From positions 187,488,001-187,552,000 of the forward strand of contig OZ360222.1 of NCBI GenBank assembly GCA_977017645.1: a stretch of DNA of 64,000 bases. Direction: 5' to 3'. The position numbers and the translations under genes are program-made. The notes under the pieces were generated by a model. The model was not told where the DNA came from. It worked only from the letters and a program-made list of their open reading frames with translations, and did no database searches. The stretch comes from Torpedo marmorata (lineage: Eukaryota). Below are positions 9,801-22,859 of this stretch, one piece after another; position 1 is the first letter of the stretch; every line of letters begins with the position of its first letter.

Positions 9801-12800
9801 AAACCAAAGGTCTATGAGTCTTTTCCAAAAAGATTAAAAAATACAGTACGTTTCCTTGTATCCGAAGTTCTGAATACTGAAAAGATCCAAAAACCAAACT
9901 CCTTTGTGGCGCTGACATGACGTCACCAGTTGAAAAATATTTATCACCCGACTTGCCCACATAGCGCCATTTTGATAACAACAGAGCTCTCGTGTTCATT
10001 ATTTCATGCTTGAAAAGCCTGCCGTTGTTTTTTGTTGTTGTTTAACCGCTGATACACGTATTCTGCCGATGCTACTGAGCTGCTTAAAGCCATTGTTCCA
10101 ATAACCGAAAAAACCCAATAACCGAAAAACGTCCGGTCCCAAGTGTTTTGGATACGGGGAAGTGTACTGTATTTCAAAGTGGCTCAAAAGAGATATCATA
10201 AAAACACAATGCTGGAGAAACTCAGCAGGTCAAACAGGATACTTTATGTAGCAAAGATAAAGATACATAACCAACATTTCGGGCTAGAGCCCTTCATCAA
10301 GGTATGGACAAAATGCACCTGAACAAAATGGTGGGGGGGGGGGCAGGGGGAGGAGCACAGTCGCACAGGCAGGAGGTAATAGGTGGATAAGGGAGGGAGC
10401 GAACACCAGCAAACAAGAGGAGGGGGGATGGCTCTGTGAATAGAGAGGGAAGGGGATGGAGAGCTGGAGAAAGAAGACAGAGGGACGGAGAAGAGAAAAG
10501 AAGAACGGGGAGTAGGCTAGCAGAAACCGGAGAAGTTGTCGTTAATGCCATCCAGCTGGAGAGTGCCGAGATGGAAAATTAGGTGTTGCTCCTCCAATTT
10601 ACGGGCGGTCTTGGTTTGAGATATCCACAGGAGAGGTCCCGGCCAACTTTTATCCTGCGATCATCGTTCCAGAAACAGATATTATCAAGTTATCGTTGCG
10701 GTGGTGTATGTGGTGCACATACTAAGGTGAGTGAAATTCTGAGGGGGGAGGGAATTCAGGAGATGTGAGAAAAATACATTAGGATTAGTGAATGGTGCTC
10801 AATGGTTGGCATGGACTCAGTGGGATGAAGGGCCTTTTTCCATTCTGTATGAATCTGTGACATTACAACTGTCAGGATTTCTCAGGGAAATTCAGCCCAA
10901 TGTTGTTCGAGGGCACTTAATGTCATTTTCTATTTTTAATAGCACAGTGTCTGGGTTCTTTCTGCTGGACAGGACAGGTCAGAAAATGGATTCCTGTGGA
11001 GCATCAGCATAATCTGGAAAAAAAAATCTCCTTTGGAGAGAGACTAAGAAGTTAAATAAAATTAATGACATCTCAGCACAAAGATCCACTTTATTCACAG
11101 TTTGCATTTGAATAAGAACAGAAAATGCTGGAAATACTCAGAGGTCAGTCAGCATCTGTGGCACGAGAGACCAAACAAATGTTTCAGGTTATGGTGTTCA
11201 GATCTAACAGGACCTTAACAAAAATAAGTACTTGGATCTATTGAAAGAGACCGAATTGTGACTCCTAAACTTCAATGGCAACTGTGACTTTGATATAAAG
11301 TCCCTTGAATACTGGACAAAAGTGATCCTTTATTATGACCTTTTGTTGGTCAAAGTAGTTTTGATTTTCAGTAATCTTCAATAAGCTGCCAGGTTGTTCT
11401 GGCTTCACTGATAAGACCAGTGTGGGGTTCATGCCTTAAATAACAAACGACACCCATGATTAATGAATCATACCAGAAGACAATGTACTTCAGCTGAAAT
11501 GTGCAGCTGAGAGTACTGTGTGCCCGTCTGTTACCATGGTAGCAATCTACTGGCGAGGCTGAATCAAGGGACATTACCTGCCAAATTCAATATAAAAGAA
11601 ATTGATATGATCACAGAATAATTTATCCTTTGATGGTAAAATTCTGTAAGAGATTGTTTTCAAGAAAAAGGTACCAGGATTGATTTTGGCCATTATGCAA
11701 GTCCAAATTTGTAAACAGAATTAAAATTTTCAAATTAAATACATTAGTGAATAGGGATTGGAAGTTTTTTCACGTGTCTATTGTTATCTGCTCCTGCGTC
11801 ACTGAGGGACTTGTTATTTCACAATGCCTTCATGAGCCCCTCTTGTGAATGCAAGTTTCACAAGAGGGGCTCATGAAGGTAAAGCTCCTGGACATACTCC
11901 AGGAATGATCTCTGAGCCACGCATCTAAGGAAGGTAAACAGAATCTGCTGGAGGAACTCAGTCAAGCAGCATCAGTGGGAGAAAAAGAACACTTGATATT
12001 TTGGGCTGGAGATGGAGAGAAGAGAATCCAGTGTGAAGAGGACAGGGCAGGAGGAGTGGGATAGGAGCCCGTGTGGGATTAGTGAACCAGGAAGAGGTGA
12101 AGCATGGTGAACAGATGCAGTAGATTGGCAGACACCAGACAAAGGGAGGGAGAAAGGAAAATAAAGGGCTGAGGTAGAGGAAGGTGAGTCACACAGGGTG
12201 AAGTGGGTGATTGGAAGTCAAAGGCTGCCCGTGCTGGGTTGGGCAGACAGAAAACAGTCCAAGTGGAACACGTAAAACTGAGGTTCTGGAATGCAAATTA
12301 AAACAACATGTTGTCAGAACTCCATCAATGAAGCAGCATGTGTTCAGTTGACATTACACGGAAGTGTTGGAGAAACTCAGCAGGTCACGCAGCATCCATA
12401 GGAAGTAAAAGGTGTTTGGGTTCTCTTTCCACAGAGGCTGCTTGACAGCCTGATTTCTTCCAGCATTTCTGTGCACTGTTCAGTGAGTCAATCAAGGTCC
12501 TACTCAAGAATATTCTCCAGTCACATCTGTTGAAAGCTGTACACACCAACTGAAGGGCAGCATCTGATCAATTGCCTTGGACAATCAAGTTGTGTGGAGT
12601 TTCGTCCTTTTCTTGGTTCAGACCAAGGGAATAACTTCAGATCCGACAAACTTCAAACCAAACACCCTTCATTAGCAAGCTTGCGTCACTCAATTGATAT
12701 ACAGAGTCTTGCTCATAAAGCTTAGGTATCTATAACCAAGTGAGCCCCAAACAAGGTCCAAGGCTGCTGCTTGTACATCAGTTGTCAGGTGCACTTGCAT

Positions 12801-15800
12801 ATTTTGGTCAGACACCCTTGATTAGGGGTTCGCAGCTACCTTATGCTGCAGGCATGTCCTCTATTGGTCTTGAGCTCTTCAGCCTTGGTCAGTTCAGCAG
12901 GTAGTAATCAGGATGGCGCTGTCAATTCCTCTGCAGCCATTGTACGCATAATTCGCGACCGTTATGCACATAAAAAAGTTTGTTAAACTGCTAATTGGTC
13001 GTTCAAGGCTGCGAACAAGTTTAAGCATATCCCAATCCTTCCTGTTCTTTTACACAATTCCTCAGTTGTAGGTTGAAACTTGTACATGACCAACTCAGCA
13101 TGACCCAGTGACACACTCCTTCTCAAGTGATCATGAAAACCAGAGAAGACACGAGAGACTGCAGATCTCGAGCAAAAGAAAACTGCAGGTGGAACTCACT
13201 GTGTTCACCAGCATGGAGGTGGGGGGGGAGAGAGAAAGGAATGGTCGACGTTTCGGGTCAAGACACTCCATATATACTGGGGAATGTGAGTTACAAATCC
13301 AGCAGGGGAAAATTCCCCAAAACTCCAATGCTTACATTCTGATGTAGCTTTTGATATAATTTCTATGCACACATTATAAAAGAGTTTGGTTGGATGGAGT
13401 TGTGAGAAAGATACAATAAAATCAATTTAAAATTAAAAACAATTATATTATTTTAATCTTGTCACCAAGGCTGTGGCCACAGATGAAACAAACTTTTCTT
13501 TTAGCATAATGGTTAGCACAACGCTATTCCAATGCCAGTGACCCAGCTTTGAATCCAGTGCAGTCTGTAAGGAGTTTCTATGTTTCCCTGAGACCTGCAT
13601 GGGTTTTCTCTGGTTTCCTCCCACCCTCCAAAAAAGTTTGAGGTTGGTAGGTTGATTGGGTGTAATTAGGCGGCACGGGTTTCATGGTCAGAAGGGCCTT
13701 CTACCGTGCTGTTTCATTAAAATTAAATGTTTAAAATTTAATGATGATTAATAGTGAACAGCTTGGCAAGGGAACCAAGAGCAAAACTGAAAAGATTCAA
13801 AAAGCACGATCAAAATTTCACAATTGTCACAAAGAATTATTTTATTATATTGGAAGAGGGACAGCTGATTGGAGTCAGTCAGGAGTTATCTGAGATTTTC
13901 TCTTCAGAACCTATGTGCATTGTGGAGCTCCAGATACACAATGGGAACCAGATTGCTCCACTGACTGAGTGACCTTTTTATCCACTGTTACAATTCGGTG
14001 ATTTGCAACGTAGAAAAGATAAATCTGAAAGGCTCAGTTTAATTTCTAAAGCTTTTGGAAAAGATAATGGATGGTTGGGGATAGTGGTTGTGTTCCACAA
14101 TTTGCAAGGACTAGACTATTGATCCAAAGACATGGGTTCAAACCTTAATAAGCCAGCATGCAAATTCAAGTAATTAAGTAGGTTTGGAATAAAAATGGGA
14201 ATGGTGACTCTGAACTAGATTGTAATAAACACTCCACCCATCCCTCCTTCCCAGTCCAGATCCAGATTCATGACAGCGTTGTTCATCCTTAACTACCCTC
14301 TGAAATGTGAGCCATGTTCAGAGGGCACTTGAGTGGAAAACGAACTCTGATATTCCTCGCAGTGTTGGAGGCCCTTTGTATCGATGCCAGCTCTTCAAGA
14401 ATTCCCTTCACATCCATTCTCCCACTTACTTCCACATAACCAGTTCTCTCTCACATGCTAGTTCCTCACAGGTTACCCCACTTACACGAGGCACAATATA
14501 CAGTCACCAATGAACCAAGCAGCACATCTTCAAAGTGAGGGAGGAAATCAGAGCATCCAGGGGAAATGCACACCATTAGAGAAACTCCATGCAGCGAGGG
14601 TCAATCCACACCCTGAAGAACATTCACTGCAAGACCTACTCTGGTCAGAGATTGTTTGATACCTGCTTCAAGGGATACAAGAAGAAGAGTGGGTCAACAG
14701 AATTGGGAGATCTGGGTGAGAAGTGCAACAGATACTGTTTTGCCCCATAATCCTGTTTCTGTGTTATAAAGGCTGTGTGTCTCTATGCAGGTGCAATTTT
14801 GGACAGGGTGTTGGAAGAGGCAAGTCCTTCCACAGTGCTGGAGCTGGGGACCTACTGTGGTTACTCGGCCCTGCGCATGGTCTGTGTGCTCAAACCTGGC
14901 ACTCGCCTGCTGACTGTGGAGTTCAATCCCACCAATGCAACTGTTGCAAAGCAGATCTTCCACTTCGCTGGAGTGGAGGGCAAGGTAAAAGCTTCTGGTC
15001 CAGAAGGAAAAGTTCAGTCATTCATTCAATAAAGTCTACTTTATCTTGCCCATTAATTTACCATTGGCCAATTTCAATGCAAAGAGAACTTTAAATTTAA
15101 TATATCTGAAAAATACTATAATCAGAGGTAAATATATTTTCATAATGTCTTCCATGACCTCCGGAATCCTAAAGAGCTTCAAAGTCAATTAAAATGCTTC
15201 CAGTAGTCATGTGCCACAGAGTAATAGATGGACATTGCTGAGACACGCCATATGAAGGTCTCAGGATTAAACCATCTCAATCTGTTTGATCTTTATATCT
15301 GAAATAGGTTTCAATTTTATTATTAATGGGTAAAAAGATTTGCCAGAATTCTAAGACATTCAGGAAAGCACAGGGGTTGGAAGGGAGTTGGTTCATTTGG
15401 AATACTCCCAATGCTGTCTTGTTGACTTTACTCACAAGGCAGAGGGTTCCATTGTGGACTCAAAGCTCCAGTCCATCACCAACCATCAGAAGATCATTAA
15501 TTTGCTCAAAGAGCAAAGCTTTGCCTCACTACGATAGCTGGAGTTTCACCTTGACATGATATTTCAATGGCAGGCCTCACAAAGAGCCACTGCTTTCATG
15601 CAGCCCAGATTCCAATGTAAACTCACAGTTTTGTGCAATGATCTCTTAATTCGTCTCCTGCTCCAATGACTTAAGGTGGAATTTCTGGAAGGTGCGTCAG
15701 AAGACATCATTCCTCAACTGAAGAGGCAGCACAAAGTGGACATGGTGGACTTTGTTTTCCTCGATCACTGGAAGGACCAGTATCTGCCTGATACCCGACT

Positions 15801-17527
15801 CCTGGAGGTAAGATATGTTGCAAGAAATCATCGGAAAGCTATTCAGCCCATCTTATCAATGCCACAGGAAAGGAGCAATTCAAGAGAGACTCACATACTG
15901 CCTCTGGATAGAAAACTCATTACTTTATTATTTCAGTGCTTTCCTGGATAATTCTTCAATGTGCTGATGGATTTTTACCTTCATCACGGCCTGACAAAAC
16001 TCATTTTCCCCAATACGCTCTGGGTGAAAATATTGTTTCTCAAGTTCCCTGTAATCTATGTTCCCTTGTTCCCAACCTCTCTGCTAAAGGAGACAGATAT
16101 CATAAGGAACTATGGGCAGTATGAGTTAAACAAGAAAATCTGCATATACTGGGGATGAGTGCAGTACGCACAAGTGCTGGATAAACTCAGCAGGTCACAC
16201 AGCATCCATAGGAAGTAAAAGGTAACCAACCTTTCTGGTCTGAGCCCTTCATCAGGAATGAGGAAAAGCAGGCATACACCCGAATAAAAAGATGGAAGAA
16301 GGGTGGGGTGGGAGGGGAGAAGGGGAAGGAGTACAGGCTAACAGGCAAGAGGTAATAAATAGATATATCTAAGCGGGTAGAAGAGACAGAAGCTGAGAAG
16401 TGATGGGGAGAGAGCAAAGAAGGGTAGCTCTGACAGGAAAAGGAAGGGAAGGGGTAGGGAGCTGGAGGAAGAAAAACAAAGGGGTAGGGAAAGACCGGGG
16501 GAAGGGGGAGTAACAGAAATTGGAGAAATCGATATTAATGCCATCTGGTTGTCTTCCAATGTTGTTCCTCCAATTTACGGGTGGCCTCAATTTGACAGTA
16601 CTCGAGGCCATGGACAGACATGTCAGTATGGCAATGGTGTGTGGAATTAAAATGGTTGGACACTTGGGGTCCCTGTTATTGCTGCAGACAGAGTGAAGGT
16701 GCTCAACAAAACGATCTCCCAGTCTATGTCCAGTGTCCCTAATGTAATGGAGGCCACAAGTGGATTGATAAGAGAATTGGTTGGAGCGCCTCAGGATTTT
16801 AAAAGCAATTCATAGTAAGTGTACACACTGCTGTAATGTAGAAAATGTGGCAATCAATTTACATATACCCAGCTCTCACACAATTCAATGTGCAAAGGAC
16901 CAGATAATGTCCCAGTAAACAGAGGAATAAATGTTAGCCAAGACGTATCTGCAGCATTCAAATTGATTGCTTTCAGATTCAGGCCAAGCTATTTAGGCGA
17001 GGCTTCAGAGAGTTTGTGTGTAATTTAACTCGATTAAAGATTGAATGCCTTCAAGGAGATGAGAGAAGAAAGTTGATACGTCATTATGCTGTGCACAGCT
17101 CCTTTGTAGAATTGGATAGGCACTAATCACCTTTCTAGGTATTTGCAGAATGCTTGGGATTCATTTCTACTTATGCAAGGTCTGCTCAATTTTCAATGTT
17201 GGGTCTGGCAGAGAAGCAAGATCTTCAAATAGGCATTTTGTTTCATCAGTCTGATGGTGCTGCAGCTCTCAGTGCCAAAATAGTCTTGTCTCTTCATCAA
17301 ATTCTCAGCTTTTTGCATTTGTTGAGTATTTCCTCCCTTTTCTGTAGGAGTGCGGGCTGTTGAGAAAGGGTTCGGTTCTCCTGGCAGACAATGTCATTTC
17401 ACCAGGAGCTCCAGAATTTCTGCAGTACGTGCGGAACAACCCTCATTACGAGTGCACACACTACGCTTCTCACCTGGAATATACAAAACTAAAAGATGCA
17501 ATGGAAAAGGCCGTCTTTAAGGGCTAA
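6574..17527 (+). CDS. COMT: Catechol O-methyltransferase, membrane-bound form; join(6574..6856,14791..14984,15676..15807,17348..17527), 262 aa
   Basis: Four GT-AG exons splice in frame (283+194+132+180=789 nt). N-terminal hydrophobic anchor, [15 protein letters not shown]-binding [26 protein letters not shown] and HLEY motifs are all characteristic of COMT. Confidence 0.97.
8424..9765. repeat. 20-bp minisatellite, ~67 copies, in a COMT intron
   Basis: Unit cattgacagtggtg(aa/ag/tg)ggac in uninterrupted tandem. Confidence 0.98.
9844..10169. mobile_element. pogo/Tigger-like MITE
   Basis: TA-cagtacgtttccttgtatcc ... ggatacggggaagtgtactg-TA: imperfect TIRs with a TA target duplication. Confidence 0.8.
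10200..10620 (-). mobile_element. Penelope-like element 3' fragment with hammerhead-like motif
   Basis: Minus strand encodes a degenerate KLEEQHLIF...DGIN endonuclease C-terminus, then a pyrimidine tract and TTGATGAAGGGCTCTAGCCCGAAA. Confidence 0.8.
13505..13720 (+). mobile_element. V-type SINE
   Basis: Same family as 6283 and 33907. Confidence 0.7.
14791..14984 (+). CDS. COMT: COMT coding exon 2 (SAM-binding motif)
   Basis: ctatgcag|GT GCA ATT TTG. Translates [29 protein letters not shown]...FAGVEGK. Donor AAG|gtaaaa. Confidence 0.96.
15676..15807 (+). CDS. COMT: COMT coding exon 3
   Basis: ttaag|GTG GAA. Translates [44 protein letters not shown]. Donor GAG|gtaaga. Confidence 0.95.
16165..16760 (-). 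mobile_element. Penelope-like element 3' fragment
   Basis: Minus-strand KLEEQH...[14 protein letters not shown] (GIY-YIG C-terminal region of Penelope-like elements) and a CTGATGA...GAAA motif. Confidence 0.8.
17348..17527 (+). CDS. COMT: COMT last coding exon
   Basis: Polypyrimidine tract then ctgtag|GAG TGC. Translates [59 protein letters not shown], stop TAA at 17525-17527. This frame is absent from the ORF track. Confidence 0.96.
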   Translation, partial: ECGLLRKGSVLLADNVISPGAPEFLQYVRNNPHYECTHYASHLEYTKLKDAMEKAVFKG

Positions 17528-17702
17528 AGTGTGTGAAATCTAAGTAAGCGAGAGTGCAGAGGTGATCCTAAAAGTGCTCATTGCTCATCAAGCGAATGTT
17601 CATAATGTTGTCATATCATGCATGTGCAAAATGTGTACACTTGAACAATTCTAGCCTGGAGCCCCCCAGGGCATCTAGAACACTTAATTCTTGTCCTTAA
17701 AT

Positions 17703-17708
17703 AATAAA
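17703..17708 (+). terminator. Candidate COMT polyadenylation signal AATAAA
   Basis: First AATAAA after the COMT stop, followed by a T/GT-rich stretch. Confidence 0.55.
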
Positions 17709-18565
17709 TCTAATTCCTATTTGTTGGAATCTGTTCAGTTGCTTTTTGAAACTCAATACCTCATCATGTATCCTATTCTTGATCAACAGCTATGTAGAAA
17801 TGCAGCAAGTCTTCCTCAGCTTTTCTGCAGATGCATCTGTGGGTAAAAGGAAAAAATATTACACAAGATTGGGCTTGGGTTGCCTCGGATTGGCCGTGAT
17901 TGGATCTGGTTTTAACTTTGTACCCACACATACCACTAAGTCGTAAGCTCACAGCAGCAGGGCTGTTGTCACTGGAATTTCTGACTGCGATCACGTTACC
18001 ATTGAGCTTGATACGAAAGGTTTTGGAGAAGAGTCAAAGCTGTGCTTTGCCAAACAAGCACTTCAATCTGAGCCAATCCTTTCATCTTCCTCCTTGTTAG
18101 CTAAAGAGTCTTTTGTTGCTCATCTCCAGTGACACAGTTGAAAGCACCATCTGTTGCAGTGACAAGCCAGACAACACCAGCTGAATGCTGCAGTCCAATA
18201 AGGATGGCTTACTAACTGTGGCCAAGACAGCAGTTGTGATTATTAACCTTCGAGCAAGGTTTGGGGAAAGCTGCATTAAAAATGTCATTGTATTCATACA
18301 TGTAACACCCTCAACAGAACAAGTCGTCAAAATGAGTGAAATCCAGAGCAAAAAGAGGAATTAGTGACAATAAAAACAAAGTGTTCGAAATACTCAACAG
18401 GTCAGGCAGCATCTCTGGAATGAGAAGACGTAAACATTTCACTTTAACTTTTGCAGATTTCTAGCTTCCAGTTTCATTTCTTGAGGAATTAGTCGGGTAG
18501 GTGGGTGCCTAGTCTGCCTGGTCCCATTGACCAACACCCGGACCATAGCCCTCCATCCACCTCAT

Positions 18566-20190
18566 GATAGAACCATAGAACACTACAGCACAGAAAACAG
18601 GCCATTTGGCCCTTCTAGTCTGTGCCGAAACATCATTCCGCTAGTCCCACTCTCCTGCACCCATTTCATAACCCTCCAGACCTCTCCCATCCATGTATCT
18701 ATCCAATTTATTCTTAAAACTTAAGAGTGAACCCGCATTTACCACGTCAGATGGCAGCTCATTCCACACTCCCACCACTCTCTGAGTGAAGGTTCCCCCT
18801 AAACCTTTCCCCTTTCACCCTAAAGCCATGACCTCTTGTATTTATCTCTCCTAATCTAAGTGGAAAGAGCCTACTCGCGTTTACTCTGTCTATATCCCTC
18901 ATAATTTTGTAAACCTCTATCAAATCTTCCCTCATTCTTCTACGCTCCAAGGAATAAAGTCCTAACCTGTTTAATCTTTCCCTGTAACTCAACTCATGAA
19001 GACCCGGCAACATCCTAGTAAATCTTCTCTGCACTCTCTCAATCTTACTGATATCCTTCCTGTAGTTTGGCGACCAGAACTGCACACAATACTCCAAATT
19101 TGGCCTCACCAATGTCTGATACAACCTCACCACAACATCCCAACTCCTGTACTCAATTCTTTGATTTATGAAGGCCAAGATGCCAAAAACTTTCTTTACA
19201 ACCTTGTCTACATGTGACGCCACTTTCAGGGAATTATGTATCTGTATTCCCAGATTACTTTTTTCCTCCGCACTCCTCAGTGCCCTACCATTTACTGTGT
19301 ATGTCCTACCTTGGTTTGTCCTTCCAAAATGCAACACCTCACACTTGTCTGCATTAAATTCCATCTGCCATTTTCTGGCCCATTTTTCCAGTTGGTCCAG
19401 ATCCCTCTGCAAGCTATGAAAGCCTTCCTCGCTGTCCACAACGCCCCCAATCTTAGTGTCATTAGCAAACTTGCTGATCCAATTTACCACATTATCATCC
19501 AATCATTGATATAGACAACAAAGAACAATGGTCCCCAGCACCGATCCCTGAGGCACACCACTAATCACAGGCCTCCAGTCTGAGAAGCAACCATCCACTA
19601 CCACTCTCTGTCTTCTCCCATTCAGCCAATTTCGAATCCAGTTTACAACCTCTCCATGGATACCTAGTGTCTAAACCTTTTGAACTAACCTCCCATGTGG
19701 GACTTTGTCAAGGGCCTTACTAAAGTCCATGTAGGCAACATCCACAGCGTTTCCTTCATCTACTTTCTTGGTAACCTCCTCGAAAAACTCTATAAGATTC
19801 ATTAAACACGACCTACCACACACAAAGCCATGCTGACTATCCTTAATCAGCCCTTGGCTGTCCAAATACTTGTATATCTGATCTCTCAGAACACCCTCCA
19901 ATAATTTACCCACTACTGACGTCAGGCTCACAGGCCTGTACTTTCCTGGTTTACTTTTGGAGCCTTTTTTAAACAACGGAACAACATGAGCTACCCTCCA
20001 ATCCAATCCTCCGGCACCTCACCCGTGGCTAAGGACATTTAAAATATATCTGCCAGGGCCCCTGCAATTTCTACACGAGTCTCTCTCAAGGTCCGAGGGA
20101 ATATCATGTCAGGCCCGGGGGATTTATCTACCTTTATTCGTTGTAAGGCAGCAAGCACCTCTTCCTCTTTAATCTCTATATGTTCCATGC
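18566..20190 (-). mobile_element. CR1 LINE, 5'-truncated, relatively young (RT domain)
   Basis: DWRVAHVVPLFKKG, YRPVSLTSVVGK, QHGF, ISKFANDTKIGG, VRPNLEYCVQFWSP. Tail repeat (ttctatg) at 18566-18582. Confidence 0.95.
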
Positions 20191-20299
20191 TCAGTTCAGG
20201 GTTGCACTTCAGATCTGAAGGCTAGTTCAGTGTCTTCAGCTCTCCTGACTGCTCAAGTTTCAACCATGCCTCAAGGTGGTAAAAAAAAAATCAGCAGGA

Positions 20300-20460
20300 A
20301 CTTGGGGCTGAGGTGCAACTGAGGAAAAGGTCACCTGAAGAGCAGCAGAGGATGGAAAGACAGCAGGAAATTCAGCAACTGATACCCACGACATGTGTGG
20401 ATTCTTCAATGCAGTCACCACCATCTGCAGCCCAAACACTCCAGCACCTATCACTCCAGA
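20300..20460 (+). mobile_element. Old RTE-type LINE fragment
   Basis: EIQQL..THDMCGFFNAVT.I..P resembles the RTE ORF segment. Confidence 0.45.
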
Positions 20461-22859
20461 TCAAAGTAAACATGCACCTGGAAGGAGCACTGCAAGGAAT
20501 TCCTCAGCCAAGATTCTGTCCTTGGCTCCATCCCACAGCATACACTGTTTAACAATGACTGCAGATGCTGGGTCGAGTGCAATAAACAAATGTGCTGGTC
20601 ACACAGCACCAACGTTTTGGGCTTGGGCCTTCACTTCCTATGGATGCTGCGTGACTAGCTCAGTTTCGCCAGCACACAATGTAGTCCACTGTCACCACCA
20701 CACCAGATTAACAAAAGAATCATTGGTTGGATATGCAAACCAATTTATTAGGGCAACATGCTGGCATGCAGGTCCCACTTACATTCACCCATCTCTGGAT
20801 GGGCCATATTGTCTGATTCCTAGACAGCAGACTCCCACGATAGACACTCCATCACAGCAATAAATGTTAGCAGTTTCTCTCCACACAGATGCAGCCAGAT
20901 GTAGACTTTAACAGCTCTCTGCTGGTCTGTAAACTGAAACAACACTAACCACAGTTTCCAAATATATTCATCATTAACAAAAATCAAACTCATTCATGAA
21001 AACACCACGAATTCCACTTAGTTGGGTAAAAATAGCACCATAAGTATGTCCATGCATTTCCTTGTTGAAAACATTGTTCTGTTGGATTCATTGGTATAAT
21101 TTCCATGATTTATTTTAAATCTTGCTTCAGAATACCATATAATTGAACACTTTGCCTTGTTTTGCTATTCATATGCCGTTTTCAATCTTAACTCTCCACT
21201 AATGACTCTTGCATCTCTCCTACCCTTGCCTCATTTCCCTAAAAAAAACTGGTGTTTATTGGTTCCATATCTTCGTGTATCCAAATGAAGTAACTTCTGA
21301 ACTTTTTTCCTGAATCATTCAATCTCAGTTCTTGAGAATCTAGCCCAGGGGACTTTCACCTCAAATAGATTGATGACTTAATTATGACAGAAAAACAATG
21401 TTGATATTTCCCAAGGAATCAAATACACAACAAATCATTTTATCCTAAATAAGTTACATCCTCTTAAAAGCATATTTATTCTCTCTTGGGTCCAGTACGG
21501 TACACAATATTCCATCCAGAGTCCAAAGCTCTACAAAATTGCTTCCTCTTCCATTTCAATCCTGTTCAATGAAGGCTGATGCACCATTTGGTTTCTTAAT
21601 TGCCTGCTACTTTATGATTCATGTGCAAGAACCCCCGGTGCATAACACATTATCTGAAATAGACACTATTTCCTTCATGATGGCAGAAACATTATTTTCA
21701 AGAATTAAGGAAGAATTTAATCACAAATGTCAATGGAACATCTACAATAATCATTATCAATTAAAAGTTTTTCAGTTAAAATGTGGTTTTCTGAAGCTAC
21801 AAGTATATTTCCTCAGTCCTGAATAATTGGTTTTCAATTTGAACGAAAGAATCACTCAGTAGTGTCTCCAGCATCCAATTACTGAATGTAGAAATGCTAA
21901 CTCACTTAGTGAAGGCACTTATAATAAATCAAAAGCAATCTGGAAATGCATGCCCAATCCTGAGAGAAATTACATACCATTTTTATTTCAGCAGATGACC
22001 TCAATTTCATGGATTTGTCATTTGGAGTCTGGTGTGCTCTAGTGTGAATGCTACATTAACTTACATTGCACTCAACTCCAGCATCTCCAGATTTTCTTAT
22101 TTAACTACATTAACTTTTTGCCAGCATTCCTCCAACAGAGCTCCAAATCCTGCCTCAATTTTGCAAATGTACATTTTTATTGAAAACTACAAGAAACAAA
22201 CAGAGCTCATTTAAAATTGTACTTTGTTAGAAACTGTCAAACATTTAGCTGCTTTTTTCCTCCATCCCTATCTAATGCAACCTTTTAAAATTGTGTTTCC
22301 TATGTGCAAGTTGCCATGGTGTATCGCTCCTGTTGGGTTTATTTTCCTTTAAAAGCAACTGCTTTGTCGTTGCAAGATTCTTCAAGTCGCAGTCCATCAA
22401 AAGATAATTTGATCCAAAACCCCTGCACTCTTAAGAAGTTTACAGATTCACTGTTGGAGGCAAGCTTTTGTATGACCAAATTCTGTTTCAAATGCAGTCA
22501 TTGCATGAGAAAAAACTTTTTTTCAGCTTTTCCATCCCATTACTGGACGTTTAATAAACACATTAGAAACTCACAGCAGCATCTGACACCATCAGTCTTG
22601 GAGATTAGTTGTTTTGGAGGTGGAAAAAGTACTTTCCCCTCAGTTCTGTGTATCCTGGTTCAAACGAGTAGCCATGGATGGTTGTACTGGATTGAAAGGC
22701 CGCTGGGCATGACATTTGCTGCCATCTGTCTGCAGAAGCTAATGTCTCATGCTATTTATCTGCACTCAGTGCTGCACCAGCACCTTTCAGACCATGACCA
22801 CAATATCATCCAGGGCTTATCCCAACATTTGCAAACATGTGTCCCATTAATTAAGTTTA

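Noticed and set aside
17930-18350. Coding-looking non-repeat sequence downstream of COMT
   Set aside because: No consistent exon structure or recognisable protein; it may be an extended 3'UTR.
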